From an uncultured Phycisphaerales bacterium (GTDB lineage Bacteria > Planctomycetota > Phycisphaerae > Tepidisphaerales > Tepidisphaeraceae): a stretch of DNA of 64,000 nucleotides. The stretch is from NCBI GenBank assembly GCA_963844715.1, contig CAWJPJ010000007.1, positions 832,001-896,000 of the forward strand, written 5' to 3'. Position 1 is the first letter of the stretch, and the number at the start of each line of letters is the position of its first letter. The position numbers were made by a program, and so were the translations under genes. This document shows positions 10,935-21,995 of this stretch, piece by piece. The notes under the pieces are model-generated. The model saw only the letters and a program-made list of their open reading frames with translations. It ran no database searches and was not told where the DNA came from.

Positions 10935-12413
10935 TCACGCAATCACGGGCAGAGATTTGGCCCTCTTCGGCAGTCGCCCGATCGAGTCGTATCCCACGCT
11001 GTCCGTCAAATTCACCTGAACGATCTGCCCCGAGTGCAGCGATCCCCCCTCCACGAACGTGCATGAATCAATTTCCGGCGCCTGCCCCGGCGTCCGCCCG
11101 ACCCATCTCTCCCCCTTGCGGGAATCGATCATCACCGGAACCAACGTCCCAATCCTGTTCCGTGCCTTCGCAAACGCCACCTTCTGCTGCGCCAGCATCA
11201 ACTCCTCGACCCATTCCTTTTTCACCGCCTCCGGAATCTGCCCCTCCATCCGTCCCATCGGCGTGCCGGGCTCCGCGCTGTACGCAAAAACCCCCATCAT
11301 GTCGAACCCAAAATCCTCGACGAACCTGACCAGTTCCTGATGTTCTTCATCCGTCTCGGTAGGGGACCCCGCGATAAACGTCGTTCGAATCGACACCCCC
11401 GGCACCCACTTCCGCAACTTCTGCAGCAGTGTCTCGATCTGCTCGCGAGTCACGCGCCGCCGCATCAGCGTCAGCAGCCGATCATTGATATGTTGCAACG
11501 GCATATCGATGTACTTCACGACTCTGTCGCATTGCGCCAGACCGCGGATCATTTCATCCGTGAAGCAAGACGGATACGCATACATCAGTCGCAGCCAGTG
11601 AACGTCGGTCAGCTCCCGATCCAGCGTCCGCAGCAATCCCGCCAGCCCGCCCGCATCTCCGATATCGGTGCCATAGCTGGTCGTATCCTGCCCGATCATA
11701 TTCAGTTCTACCGCCCCATCCGCCGCCAGTTCCCGCGCCTCGGCAAGAATCTGCTGCACCGGTTTCGATCGCATCGGCCCCCGGATCGACGGAATCGTGC
11801 AAAACGCGCACCCTTGGTTGCACCCCTCGCTCAGCCGCAAATACGCATAATGCCGCGGCGTCAGCCGCAACCGGGCTCGATCATCCTCAAATACTGGCAG
11901 CCGCTTCGTCTTGGTCTGCTTTTCGGCAGGATTCAGATCATTTTCTTCCGCCAGCCGCCTCGATAAATCGTGATATTTCCCCAGAAAATGCCCCGACCCA
12001 TTCCCCATCCCCTCCCCGCGAACCGCCTGCACGATGTGTTCCCGGTCAAAAACCCCCACCAACCGGTCGATTCCCGGGGCATCGTTCAGCAATTCGGTTT
12101 TATACCGCTGCACCAAACACCCGGCCACCACCACCCGCCGGCACTTCCCGTCCCTCTTTAAATCCACGGCCTTTTGAATCTCCCGCATCGATTCTTCCTT
12201 CGATGCCGCCAAAAAACCGCAGGTATTGATGACAATCGCGTCCGCCTGCGAAGGGTCCCCCGTGACCACCAATCCGTCCCCAGCGAGCAGTCCCAGCATC
12301 CGCTCGCTATCGACTAAATTCTTTGGGCAGCCAAGACTTACGAACGCCACCGACTCCACCTTGTCAAGTGAGCTCTTCGACCGCGATTTTTTGCCTGACG
12401 CGATGGATTCCAT
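10935..12413 (-). CDS. rimO: Ribosomal protein S12 methylthiotransferase
   Basis: SLGCPKNLVDSE, NTCGF, radical SAM CNQGCAFC, RLMYAYP, TRAM domain with APEID. Confidence 0.95.
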   Translation of the reverse strand: MESIASGKKSRSKSSLDKVESVAFVSLGCPKNLVDSERMLGLLAGDGLVVTGDPSQADAIVINTCGFLAASKEESMREIQKAVDLKRDGKCRRVVVAGCLVQRYKTELLNDAPGIDRLVGVFDREHIVQAVRGEGMGNGSGHFLGKYHDLSRRLAEENDLNPAEKQTKTKRLPVFEDDRARLRLTPRHYAYLRLSEGCNQGCAFCTIPSIRGPMRSKPVQQILAEARELAADGAVELNMIGQDTTSYGTDIGDAGGLAGLLRTLDRELTDVHWLRLMYAYPSCFTDEMIRGLAQCDRVVKYIDMPLQHINDRLLTLMRRRVTREQIETLLQKLRKWVPGVSIRTTFIAGSPTETDEEHQELVRFVEDFGFDMMGVFAYSAEPGTPMGRMEGQIPEAVKKEWVEELMLAQQKVAFAKARNRIGTLVPVMIDSRKGERWVGRTPGQAPEIDSCTFVEGGSLHSGQIVQVNLTDSVGYDSIGRLPKRAKSLPVIA

Positions 12414-12537
12414 ACGTTAATCGTAGCTAACTTTTCCCTACCCTCCAAACGCCTGTTCAATTCCGTAAATATATGCCGTTTCGAGCCTTATAAGCAAGTT
12501 GAAACTCATGGGTTTACTTGATATAATACTGAACTCT

Positions 12538-14048
12538 ATGCCAGTAAGAGAAAAAGGCAGTGCAAAACCGCGGCCGGCGAAGGTCGCCTCGGGCAAATCC
12601 GGGCGCGCGCTCCGTCGCATCTCCGCAGGCCCGTGCTGCTCGATCTCAAAAAACGCCCCGATTCCGGGGGCGCTGCGGGCTTCACCTATTCCAAAGCCCT
12701 GCGTTTTCTGGCGACTCTTAGCGATTACGAGCGCCTCCGCATCGTCCGCTATAACACCGATAATTTCAACCTCGACCGCATGCGGACCCTCCTCCGCAAG
12801 CTCGGAAACCCACAGGACCAATTCCGCAGCGTCCATATCGCCGGCACCAAAGGAAAAGGCAGCACTTCCGCCATGGTCGCCGCCATGCTCGAAGCCGCCG
12901 GGTACACCGTCGGGCTTTATACCAGCCCCCATCTGGTCGATGTTCGCGAGCGCATCCGCATCAACGGCGAGATGATCTCCCAGGCCGATTTTGCCCGCGC
13001 CGTCAAGGCGATCATGCCCCTGGTCGCCCGCAGCCGGCCGACGCCGACTTATTTCGACGTCCTCACCGCCATCGCGTTCAAATATTTCGCCGATCAAAAG
13101 GTCGAATTGCGCGTCATCGAAACCGGCCTGGGCGGCCGCCTCGACAGCACCAACGTCATCAAGCCCGAAGTCACCGCCATCACCAGCATCAGCCGCGACC
13201 ACATGGCCCAGCTTGGCCCGACCCTCGGCCATATCGCCACGGAAAAAGCCGGCATCTTCAAGCCCGGTATTCCCGCCGTCACCGTGCTTCAGGACCCCGA
13301 GGCCGAAGCCGCCCTCGTCAAGCGTCGCCGAAAAAGTCGGTGCGCACCCTCGACATCACCGGCAAAACAATCGAATTCAGCTACCGGTTCGAATCCAGCC
13401 GCATGCTCGGCCCGCATAACCGGGTCTGCCTCACCACGCCCAACAGCAAATTCGAGCACCTGGCCGTTCCCCTCATCGGCGAGCACCAGGCGATCAACTG
13501 CGGCCTGGCCCTCAGCATCATCGATCGTCTCAAAGGCCGCGGTATCGCCATCAACGACGCCCGCGCCATGGAAGGGCTGGCCAAAGTCACCCTCCCCGGC
13601 CGAATGGAGATGCTCAGCCAGACTCCGCGCGTCCTGGTCGACGGTGCCCACAACGCCGCCAGCCTCGATGCCATGATGAAAGCCATCGGCCAGCACATCC
13701 CCTACGACTCGATGGTCGTCATCTTCGGCTGCTGCGCCGACAAGGACGTCAGCCGGCATGCTCCAGCGCATCAGCAGCGGGGCGGACAAAGTCATCTTCA
13801 CGCGCGTCAACAGCATTCGCACCGCCGATCCCAACGAACTGGCCGCCCAGTACGTCGAACTCTACGGGAAAATGGCCCAGGTCGCCGTCGATCTCGACGA
13901 CGCTCTTGCCATCGCCAATCGAGCTGTCACCAAGGAAGACCTCATCTGCATCACCGGCAGCTTCTACCTCGTCGGCGAAGCCAAGAAGCTTTTCGCCGCC
14001 AAAGCCGCCGCTGCTGCCGCTGCTGCTGCCGCCGAATCGTCCGAATAG
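12538..14048 (+). CDS. folC: Bifunctional folylpolyglutamate synthase/dihydrofolate synthase (about 3 frameshifts)
   Basis: HIAGTKGKGST, YTSPHL, ETGLGGRLDSTNV, EKAGI, PGRME, DGAHN, ITGSFYLVG. Confidence 0.93.
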
Positions 14049-14069
14049 CCCCCAATTCAGCGCACGCGC

Positions 14070-15242
14070 TTGCCGACGCTGGATCACATCCTCTTGGCAA
14101 CTTATCTCCTCCTCGGACCGGGCGTCGGGGCGGCGCTGACTTCGCTATTGCTCATTGGCCACCGCCGCATGAACCGCCTCCAGGCCGGCGCGTCTCCCCC
14201 AATCCCCTCGCCCGCTCCCCTGGCCACCATTCTCGTCCCGGCAAAAGATGAGGCCGAGCGAATCGAAACCTGCCTCACCGCCGCCCTCACCCAGGATTAT
14301 CCCAATTTCGAAATCATCGCCGTCGACGACCGCTCCACCGACGGCACCCCCGAAATCCTCGATCGCCTCGCCGAAAAATCCCCTCGCCTGACCGCTCTTC
14401 ACGTCCCCTCCGGCGATCTTCCCCAGGGCTGGGCCGGAAAAACCAACGCCCTCCACATGGCCGTCCCCAAGGCAAAGGGCGACTGGCTCCTCTTCATCGA
14501 TGCCGATGTGGTGGTAACCCCGATCCTGCTGTCGCGATTATTGAATTTGGCTGCCGCGCGATCCTACGACGCCGTCTCTCTGCTCACCGCGATCCATTGC
14601 AATTCGATGTTGCAGAAGGCGGTCCTTCCCGCCGCGGCCGGCGTCTGGGGAATGATGCACCTCGTCTCGGTCACCAACAACGACAGCCGGAAAAGTTTCG
14701 CCGTCGCCAACGGCCAGGTTTTTCTCATCCGCCGCTCGGCCTACGAATCCGTCGGCGGCCACGCCGCCGTACGCCTCGAACTCGCCGAAGACGTCCAGCT
14801 CATGCGCAAGCTCAAGTCCGCCGGTTTCCGCACCCGCCTCTTCCACGGAAACACCCTCGCCACCACCCACATGTACGGCACCACCCGCCAGGCCATCCGC
14901 GGCTGGGCCAGAATCTACGCCACCACCAACCGCCTGCAAACCCACGCAATCCTCGCCGCACTGGCCATCCTGTCGATCTCGGCGCTCATTTTCTGGCCGG
15001 CGATGGTCTTCGGCATCGCCGCCGCGCATCCAGGTTGGATTCTCGCCGCCGCTCTTCACGCCGCCATCATGGCCCTCTGGCTCGCGCTCCTCTATGGCTG
15101 GAGTAACAACCCGCGCCGCTACGCCGCCGCCGCGCCGGCGACCTTCCTCGTCGTTCTCTCGATTTTGGTTTACGCCCTACGGATGTGCGTTACCGGCCGA
15201 ATCTCCTGGCGAAATACGCAATACGCCCTTCATTCGGGTTGA
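14070..15242 (+). CDS. Family 2 glycosyltransferase, membrane-bound
   Basis: VPAKDEA, VDDRSTD, GWAGK, FIDAD, NGQ, LAED; TM helices at both ends. Confidence 0.88.
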   Translation: MPTLDHILLATYLLLGPGVGAALTSLLLIGHRRMNRLQAGASPPIPSPAPLATILVPAKDEAERIETCLTAALTQDYPNFEIIAVDDRSTDGTPEILDRLAEKSPRLTALHVPSGDLPQGWAGKTNALHMAVPKAKGDWLLFIDADVVVTPILLSRLLNLAAARSYDAVSLLTAIHCNSMLQKAVLPAAAGVWGMMHLVSVTNNDSRKSFAVANGQVFLIRRSAYESVGGHAAVRLELAEDVQLMRKLKSAGFRTRLFHGNTLATTHMYGTTRQAIRGWARIYATTNRLQTHAILAALAILSISALIFWPAMVFGIAAAHPGWILAAALHAAIMALWLALLYGWSNNPRRYAAAAPATFLVVLSILVYALRMCVTGRISWRNTQYALHSG

Positions 15243-15294
15243 AGAAATCGAATCAATAAAGTCGACTCGCTGAAATCCGCCGCACCCTTTTATC

Positions 15295-15331
15295 CCCTCT
15301 CCCGGTACTCCGGGGGAGGGCTAGGGAGGGG
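15295..15331. repeat. REP-like GC hairpin CCCTCTCCCGG-tact-CCGGGGGAGGG followed by ctagggagggg
   Basis: 11-bp stem with one G-T pair in the intergenic gap. Confidence 0.55.
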
Positions 15332-15393
15332 GCATCCGTGCGATCCAGACGGGATCCGCATACGATAATTCCATCGGTCTGGTGGTGATGGTC

Positions 15394-15744
15394 ATGACCA
15401 TTCAAACGCTCAAAATTGCCGGGAAGCGATTCGTGATTCTCGAAGAGCGCGATTTTCGCCGAATCGAGCGGCGGGCGGCGATTTCGCGCGATCGTGGATT
15501 TCCGTCGCTCCCCGACGCTCTTCCTGACGGAAATTATCCCGCCGTCGAAGCGATGCGAGCGGGCCTGGCGCACCGGTTGATTCGCGACCGCCGCGCCGTC
15601 GGTCTAACGCAAGCTGAGCTGGCCCACCGCGCTCGCATTGCCCCCGAGACCCTCAATCGGATCGAAAAAGGCCGGATTACCCCCAACATGGCCACGTTGG
15701 CAAAAATCGATCACGCGCTAACGAACGCGGAAGAACGGGGATGA
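15394..15744 (+). CDS. XRE-family HTH protein (antitoxin-like)
   Basis: RRAVGLTQAELAHRARIAPETLNRIEKGR. Confidence 0.85.
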   Translation: MTIQTLKIAGKRFVILEERDFRRIERRAAISRDRGFPSLPDALPDGNYPAVEAMRAGLAHRLIRDRRAVGLTQAELAHRARIAPETLNRIEKGRITPNMATLAKIDHALTNAEERG

Positions 15745-15897
15745 ATTCCTCGATTTGATTGCGAGCGCCCGGGAAGGTCCCTGTTAATCCCGAACGTCGC
15801 GTTCCACGCAGTCTCCATCTTCCGCGCGGGAAAATCTCCCGGCGCGGAACGCACCATGCAATTCGCGATTCGCAAAAATCCGCCTGAGAAATCATCC

Positions 15898-17436
15898 TCA
15901 CGATTTAGGCAATTCCGCAGCTCGCCGCCGCCGCGCCAGCAGCATCATCGAGGCGATGCTCGCCAGCGCAAACGTCCCGGGCTCCGGGACCGCTGCGATC
16001 GGACCGCCGAGCAGCACCGTCGGGTCATCGCTTCCCGACAGCAGTGTCGGCACCGCCGTCGTGTAGATGGGATTGACCGTCGTGCTGAACGTATCATCCG
16101 CCTCCTCGCTGACGTTATGTCCGCTGCTGCTCTTCAGGTTCGACAGCGAATCCGGAATCGCCGTTCCCTCGATCGTCACGTTGCTGAAATAGGTTCCTGA
16201 GGCGTAATACATCTTCAGTGCGCTGCTCACCGAATTCATCGTGACGTTGATCAGGTTCAGCCCGGTAATATCCGCCGGGCTGCTGTTCAACCCGTAGACG
16301 TCCGCCGCCCCGCCCGTCGCCGTGCCGACCTTCATATTTTCGATCGTCACGTTCTCCCAGAACGGCTCGGTTGCATCGTTCGGCGCCGTCGGCGCCGGAA
16401 TGCTCGGGTAATTGCTCCCCCCGTTGTTGTAATAGCTGTCGATCCCGATCACGTCGTCCACGTTGTTCACCGAGATGTTGTTGAAGGTCACGTTCTGGAC
16501 CACGCCGCCGTTTTCGGTGTTCGCGGTGGTCCCGTCTCCCGCCTTCAGATGGATCGCCCACGAACTCGACGACGATGCCGGATCGAAGGTGACGTTGTTC
16601 ACGAACATGCCGTTCAGCCCCGCGTTCGTCTGTCCGCCGATCGAAATCCCGTGGCCGTTGGTGATCGTGCAGTTCTGGATGTAAATATTCCCGCACTTCG
16701 TGGTCTCCGGCTTGGCCACAATGTCGTCGTCCCCGTCGGAAATGCTGCAATTCTCGATCAGGAAATTAGTGCCCGAAAAATCGATTCCGTCCGTGTTCGA
16801 TTGGATCTTGGAATCCGAAATGTTCACGTCGTTGATCAGCACGCTGGTATCGTTCTCCGCCACCAGGTGTTCCTGCGACGAATTCACTATCGAGACGTTG
16901 TACACCTCGAGATTGGTTATATTCTCGAGGATGCACATGTGATTGCTGCCGGTGCTCGTCGCGTTGTCGTTAATGGTTCCGCCCCCGCCGATCGCCACGT
17001 TCTCGGTCGTTCCCGCGATCGTGTCGATGAACGTGCTTTTCGGGGTCAGGTTCTCGATCGTCGCCCCGGTGGCGATGTCCAAGTCCGTGTTATTCCCGAT
17101 CAGCAGTTCATCCGTCCCGTAAGAATCCCCGTTGCTCGGCTTGGGGATCAACACGGTGCCCCCGCCGTGCGACGCCGCGTACGACAGAAAATCGTTGATT
17201 ACCGTCGTGTTGTTAAACGAAGTGTTGTCGGCCTCGGCAACCGCGCCCCCGTCGATGGCCGAATTCGACACCGTCACGTTGTAGGTCGTCGACCCGATGT
17301 CAGGAAGCTGAATGCTGTACCCCATCGCCGGTTTGCAAACGAAAACCGCGGCCCCCACGGCCGCCGCCCCCGTGATCAGACTCAACCGACGTCCATATTT
17401 CCACGACTTATCCGATGATTGGCTGACAATGCACAT
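15898..17436 (-). CDS. Secreted GH28 (polygalacturonase-like, beta-helix) protein with PEP-CTERM sorting signal
   Basis: NTDGID, GDDDI, GHGISIG motifs; N-terminal signal-like segment; C-terminal VPEPGTFALASIASMMLLARRRR; GGAGAG RBS. Confidence 0.85.
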   Translation of the reverse strand: MCIVSQSSDKSWKYGRRLSLITGAAAVGAAVFVCKPAMGYSIQLPDIGSTTYNVTVSNSAIDGGAVAEADNTSFNNTTVINDFLSYAASHGGGTVLIPKPSNGDSYGTDELLIGNNTDLDIATGATIENLTPKSTFIDTIAGTTENVAIGGGGTINDNATSTGSNHMCILENITNLEVYNVSIVNSSQEHLVAENDTSVLINDVNISDSKIQSNTDGIDFSGTNFLIENCSISDGDDDIVAKPETTKCGNIYIQNCTITNGHGISIGGQTNAGLNGMFVNNVTFDPASSSSSWAIHLKAGDGTTANTENGGVVQNVTFNNISVNNVDDVIGIDSYYNNGGSNYPSIPAPTAPNDATEPFWENVTIENMKVGTATGGAADVYGLNSSPADITGLNLINVTMNSVSSALKMYYASGTYFSNVTIEGTAIPDSLSNLKSSSGHNVSEEADDTFSTTVNPIYTTAVPTLLSGSDDPTVLLGGPIAAVPEPGTFALASIASMMLLARRRRAAELPKS

Positions 17437-17726
17437 GGTCTCTCTCCGCCTGAAGTGAATAAAAAGTATCCACGCACCAACCGCGCCGGCGCCGAAGGTC
17501 CCGTACCTCCGTAGATTTTTTACAAAAACTCCGCCTGCCAAGCGTTCCGCAAGCGCGAAATCACCTAGGCAGTTACGACTTGATTTGAAATTGATGAGCC
17601 CGACGAAAGGCTTACCACAACTGGTCGGAAGCCCACCCTACAACACTATAAGGAATTTACTTGTATGATAATTTCTTTGCAAGATGAATAAATGACTACG
17701 ATAAATTTTTCCGCGCGCTGCGCAAG

Positions 17727-19163
17727 CTAAGCCCTCAAGGCTTGCGCCATTTGCGCGACCACGCTCTCCCAGTCGCCTCCCAACTCCTGACGGAATAACC
17801 GCATCGTGGGATACCACGGACTATCCGATCGATTCAGCAGCCACCGAAAATCCGAAAGATAAGGAATCAGCACCCACACCGGCTTCCCCATCGCCCCGGC
17901 AAGATGCGCCACCGACGTGTCCACGGAAATGACCAAATCCAGATTTTCAATCAGCGCCGCCGTATCCGCAAAATCGTTCAGGTCCGCCGTATGGTCGATC
18001 AGTTCCAAGCCCTCGGGCGGCGGCTGATTCCCCTCGGGTCCCTTCTGCAAACTGTAAAATCGCAACCCGGCGATTCCCGCCAGCGGCGCAAAAACGCCGA
18101 TCTCGCGTGTGCGGTTCCTCGGTTCCGCCGCCGACCCCGCCCAACGGAGCCCGATATTGCGCTTCCCGTCCCGGGGAATTCGCTCTCTCCACCGCTCCAC
18201 ATCCTGCCGAGGCGCCCGAAGGTAGGGAACCGCATTCGGAATGTTCTCCAATCTAATTCCCAAAATCCGCGGTAAACTAAAAAGCGAAATTCGCGAGTCG
18301 AACGCCGGCAGAGGATTCCCGCGCACGACCATTTGATCCACGCCGGGCAGACCCTCAAATAATCTCGACAATTCAGCCTGGCATTCCAAAATCAATTTTC
18401 CAACTCGATCCCGCCCTTGCTGATGAGCCGAATGAAATGAATCGCGTCCCCGGCGCCCCCTTCGGTATAGACCAGGAGCGTTCCATTCTCCATCGGGTCG
18501 CCGTTCCAGAATCGCTGCGGGAAATCGCGGCCCAGCTTCGGGTTTGTCAGCAGCAATCTCCATTCAAACTTCTCCCACCCTTCCGCAAACTCCCCCAGCG
18601 TCAGCAGCAGCACCCCCAGATTCCACTGCGCATCCACGCAATTCGCATCCAGCGCGATCGCTCGCCGATAAGCCGCGATCGATTCATCAAACCGTCCGCT
18701 TTCCCGAAGCGCGATCCCCAGATTCGCGTGATGCTGAGCCCGATTCGGATCCAGCCCAATGGCCCGCCGATACGCCGCCACTGCTTCCTCGAGTTTTCCC
18801 GCATTGCGCGAGCACGCTCCCCAGGTTGCTATGCGCCGTCGCCACGTCCGGCCTGAGCGCGATCGCCTTGGTAAATGCCGCGATCACCTCCTTGGCCGGA
18901 CCCTTGCCGCGCAGCACAACCCCAAGGTTGTAATGCGCCTCAGCCCAATCCGGCCTAATCGCAATCGCCCGCCGCAAAAAATCCGCCGCAACGTCATCCC
19001 GTCCCAATCGGTGCTCAATCAATCCCAGGAGATGCAATCCTTCGGCGAACTCCGGCCGCTGCGCCACAATCTGCTTGCAGACGCGCTCAGCCTCCCCCAA
19101 ACGCCCGGCGCGATGATGCCGCAGCGCCAATTCGTAAGCCTGCTCGATCGTCATCTCAGACAT
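17727..19163 (-). CDS. TPR-repeat protein with C-terminal GT9/heptosyltransferase-like domain (frameshifts)
   Basis: TPR repeats; EGGAGDAIHFIR; DFADTAALIENLDLVISVDTSVAHLAGAMG, SPWYPTMRLFRQ. Confidence 0.85.
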
Positions 19164-19201
19164 GACCGACGTTTACCCAAAGGCGCAAGTATTATGTGAA
19201 T

Positions 19202-20374
19202 TCAACTCAAAGGCAGCTTCCGCGCCGTGGCAAGAAAATTCTGGTAATTCGCCCGCACCTCGAGCAGCGAATCCCCCGCGAACTTATCCAAAAACGCCCG
19301 CGCAATCTCAAACGCCACCACGTTCTCCATGATCACCGACGCCGCGCTGATCGCCGAAACATCGCTCCGCTCCCATCCCGCTTCCGAGGTTTGCTTCGTA
19401 TTCAAATCCACGCTCCGCAGCGGCTTGCCGAGTGTGCTGATCGGCTTCATCGCCCCGCGCACCACCACCGGCTTCCCGTTGGTCATCCCTCCCTCAAGTC
19501 CCCCCGCGTTATTCGTCCCGCGCACAAATCCCAAACTCGGCGTCCCGCTCAACGCCGGATCAAAATCAATCTGATCGTGCACCTGCGACCCCGGCAACCG
19601 CGCCGCCGCAAATCCCATCCCAAACTCGACTCCCTTGAATGCCTGAATGCTCGCCACCGCCGCCGCGATCCGCCCGTCCAGTCTGAGATTTCCGGCCATG
19701 CAACTCCCCAACCCGATCGGGCACCCGAACACATGGGCCTCGACGATTCCGCCGGCTGTATCCTTCGCCATCTTCTGATCGTTGATGAACGCCCGCATCG
19801 CCGCGTCCGCCGCCGCATCCGGGCAATACACTTCCGACGCATCCCGCGCCGCCAGAAGCTGCGGATAATTCTCCGGCGTCACTGCGAAATTCCCCTCCGC
19901 CGACCCTACTGCCCTCACAAACCCAAACACCTCGATCCCAAACTCTTTCAGCAAACACCGCGACAGGGCTCCCGCCGCCACCCGCGCCGCCGTCTCCCGC
20001 GCGCTGGCCCGCTCGAGCGTCTCCCGGCAATCCGTCGTCAGCCATTTCACCGACCCCGCCAAATCCGCATGCCCCGGCCGCGGGCGATACAAGGGCGGCG
20101 TCGCCGTAAGATCGTCCAGCCGCGCATCCTTATTCACGATCTCCATCGCCACCGGCGACCCGATCGTCTTCCCCATCCGCACCCCCGACAAAATCTCCGC
20201 ATGATCCGTCTCGATCTTCTGACGCCCCCCGCGCCCATACCCGCCCTGGCGGCGACGCAATTCGCCGTCGATGAACAGGTTATCCACAGGAATTCCCGCC
20301 GGCAGACCCTCCACCAGTGAGATCAACGCCTTCCCATGCGATTCTCCCGCCGTTCGATAGCTCAAATCACTCAT
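19202..20374 (-). CDS. aroC: Chorismate synthase
   Basis: TAGESHG, RRQGGYGRG, RPGHAD, ERASARETA, NNAGGLEGG, MKPIST, ERSDV. Confidence 0.96.
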   Translation of the reverse strand: MSDLSYRTAGESHGKALISLVEGLPAGIPVDNLFIDGELRRRQGGYGRGGRQKIETDHAEILSGVRMGKTIGSPVAMEIVNKDARLDDLTATPPLYRPRPGHADLAGSVKWLTTDCRETLERASARETAARVAAGALSRCLLKEFGIEVFGFVRAVGSAEGNFAVTPENYPQLLAARDASEVYCPDAAADAAMRAFINDQKMAKDTAGGIVEAHVFGCPIGLGSCMAGNLRLDGRIAAAVASIQAFKGVEFGMGFAAARLPGSQVHDQIDFDPALSGTPSLGFVRGTNNAGGLEGGMTNGKPVVVRGAMKPISTLGKPLRSVDLNTKQTSEAGWERSDVSAISAASVIMENVVAFEIARAFLDKFAGDSLLEVRANYQNFLATARKLPLS

Positions 20375-20563
20375 GGAGCTTGGCATCCTAACAAACCTCC
20401 ATTAAATTGTCCCCGAACCGCGCCGGCAACACATCGATATGCGCAAATTTTGCGCTCTTTGCATCCTTAACCCGTGGACGGAATGTTAAGGATTAAGTAG
20501 TCTCATTCTTTCGTCACATCTTGACCTGCTAAGGGTGATGTGGGAGCTTGCGCGACTCTTTTA

Positions 20564-21976
20564 ATGGCCACGACAATTCCCAATTCCGATCCGGTTTCCG
20601 CCGAAGTGAATCCGCAAAACGGCGGCAGCGGTTTCGGCCTGGCGACTCGCCATGTCTGTCCATTCTGCGGAATGGTTTTGGAAATTCAGGAAGGTCCCTG
20701 CCCCCGCTGCGCTCTCGACGACACGCCGCAAACGCGCCAATCCACCCGCTCGCGCCTCGGGCCCTGGTACGTCCTCCAAACCCGAAACCCCTACGCGCCG
20801 GGAATGAAATACAACACACTCCTGGCCCTCGTCCGTCGCGGCCAGGTCACTCCCAAGTCCGTCATCCGCGGCCCAACCACTCAGCAGTTCTGGCGCTTCG
20901 CCGGCCGCGTCAAGGGAATCAGCCGCGAGTTCGGCCTCTGCTGGTCCTGCGCGGGGCAAGTCCAATCCGTCCCAGGAAATTGCCCGCATTGCGGCAAGGG
21001 CCAGGAACTTCCTCCCAATCCCGACGTCCTCTTTGAAGGCGACAGCTCCAGCAAAACTCTCTACGTCGACGTCAGCCCCAAGTCCGGCGCCGTCTCATCC
21101 AACCCCGGCCTGCCCGAAGCCTCTCCCGCCCCCGCCAGCGATCTTCCCGGCTTCGAAATCCGCAGCCCCAAGCCCATTCCCTCCGCCGCCGCCACCATGG
21201 CCATCAACGCCGGCCTCCCCAATCCGGAAAACGCGCCCCCCGAACTCCGCTCCCGGCCGCTTCAGCAGACACGCGAGAAAATCCTCTCCGCCAAGGAATT
21301 GGCCGCCGCGTTCAGTCTTCAATACAACCCCAACTCCGATGCGCCGCCCGCGCCCGCCAAACCCAAAGGCAAAAATCATCTCATCGCCGCCGCCGCAATT
21401 CTCGTGGCTGTCGGCGTGGGCCTGGCCATGATGAACCCAACCTCGCGCAACGCGATTCTCGGCTTGCTCGGCACCAATGTTCACACTTCTCCGCCGCCCA
21501 CCGCCGCCGCTCAGAATCCGAATCTCGACGATCAATCCGCCTTGGAACATTTCCGCCCCGATTGGGCCATGAAGCCGCCGGTCACGCCACCCGCTGACGC
21601 CACGCCCGCGCCCGCCGTCGCGCCGCAGCAGGACACCCAAGACCAGCAGCAGCCCGCCCAACCGCAGCAGGAGCCGCAACCCCAACCCCAACCGCAGCCC
21701 CAACCCCAGGACAACCCAGCTCCCGCCGAGGCGACCGTTCAAACTCCCGTCGACACGTCATCCCTGACCAACAATTCCAGCCAGGACCTGGACGCCCTGG
21801 CGATGCGTCTTCGCTCCAGCGGCCTCGACGCCGAGGCCCGCCACGATTACGCCGCCGCGCAATATTTCTACGAACAGATCGAAAAGCTTCCCAAAGACCA
21901 CTGGCCCGCCGATACCGATTCGCTCCTGAAAAACGCCCAGAAAATGAACCAATCGGCGGCCGGCGGCCAGCAATAA
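20564..21976 (+). CDS. Hypothetical membrane-anchored protein with CxxC Zn ribbons, GYF-like segment and Pro/Gln-rich linker
   Basis: CPFC..CPRC, CWSC..CPHC, single TM at about aa 275-290, (QP)n repeat; host-like codon usage. Confidence 0.7.
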   Translation: MATTIPNSDPVSAEVNPQNGGSGFGLATRHVCPFCGMVLEIQEGPCPRCALDDTPQTRQSTRSRLGPWYVLQTRNPYAPGMKYNTLLALVRRGQVTPKSVIRGPTTQQFWRFAGRVKGISREFGLCWSCAGQVQSVPGNCPHCGKGQELPPNPDVLFEGDSSSKTLYVDVSPKSGAVSSNPGLPEASPAPASDLPGFEIRSPKPIPSAAATMAINAGLPNPENAPPELRSRPLQQTREKILSAKELAAAFSLQYNPNSDAPPAPAKPKGKNHLIAAAAILVAVGVGLAMMNPTSRNAILGLLGTNVHTSPPPTAAAQNPNLDDQSALEHFRPDWAMKPPVTPPADATPAPAVAPQQDTQDQQQPAQPQQEPQPQPQPQPQPQDNPAPAEATVQTPVDTSSLTNNSSQDLDALAMRLRSSGLDAEARHDYAAAQYFYEQIEKLPKDHWPADTDSLLKNAQKMNQSAAGGQQ

Positions 21977-21995
21977 CCGGCGGGCAGACTCCACC

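Noticed and set aside
17440..17720. Possible riboswitch in the leader of the GH28 gene
   Set aside because: Some pairing potential at about 17597-17635, but I could not match any known aptamer consensus by eye; needs an Rfam/Infernal scan.
21640..21712. CAACCG/CAGCCC tandem repeats; also the GCC/GCT run near 14003-14033
   Set aside because: They encode a (QP)n linker and a poly-Ala tail within proteins; ordinary low-complexity coding sequence.
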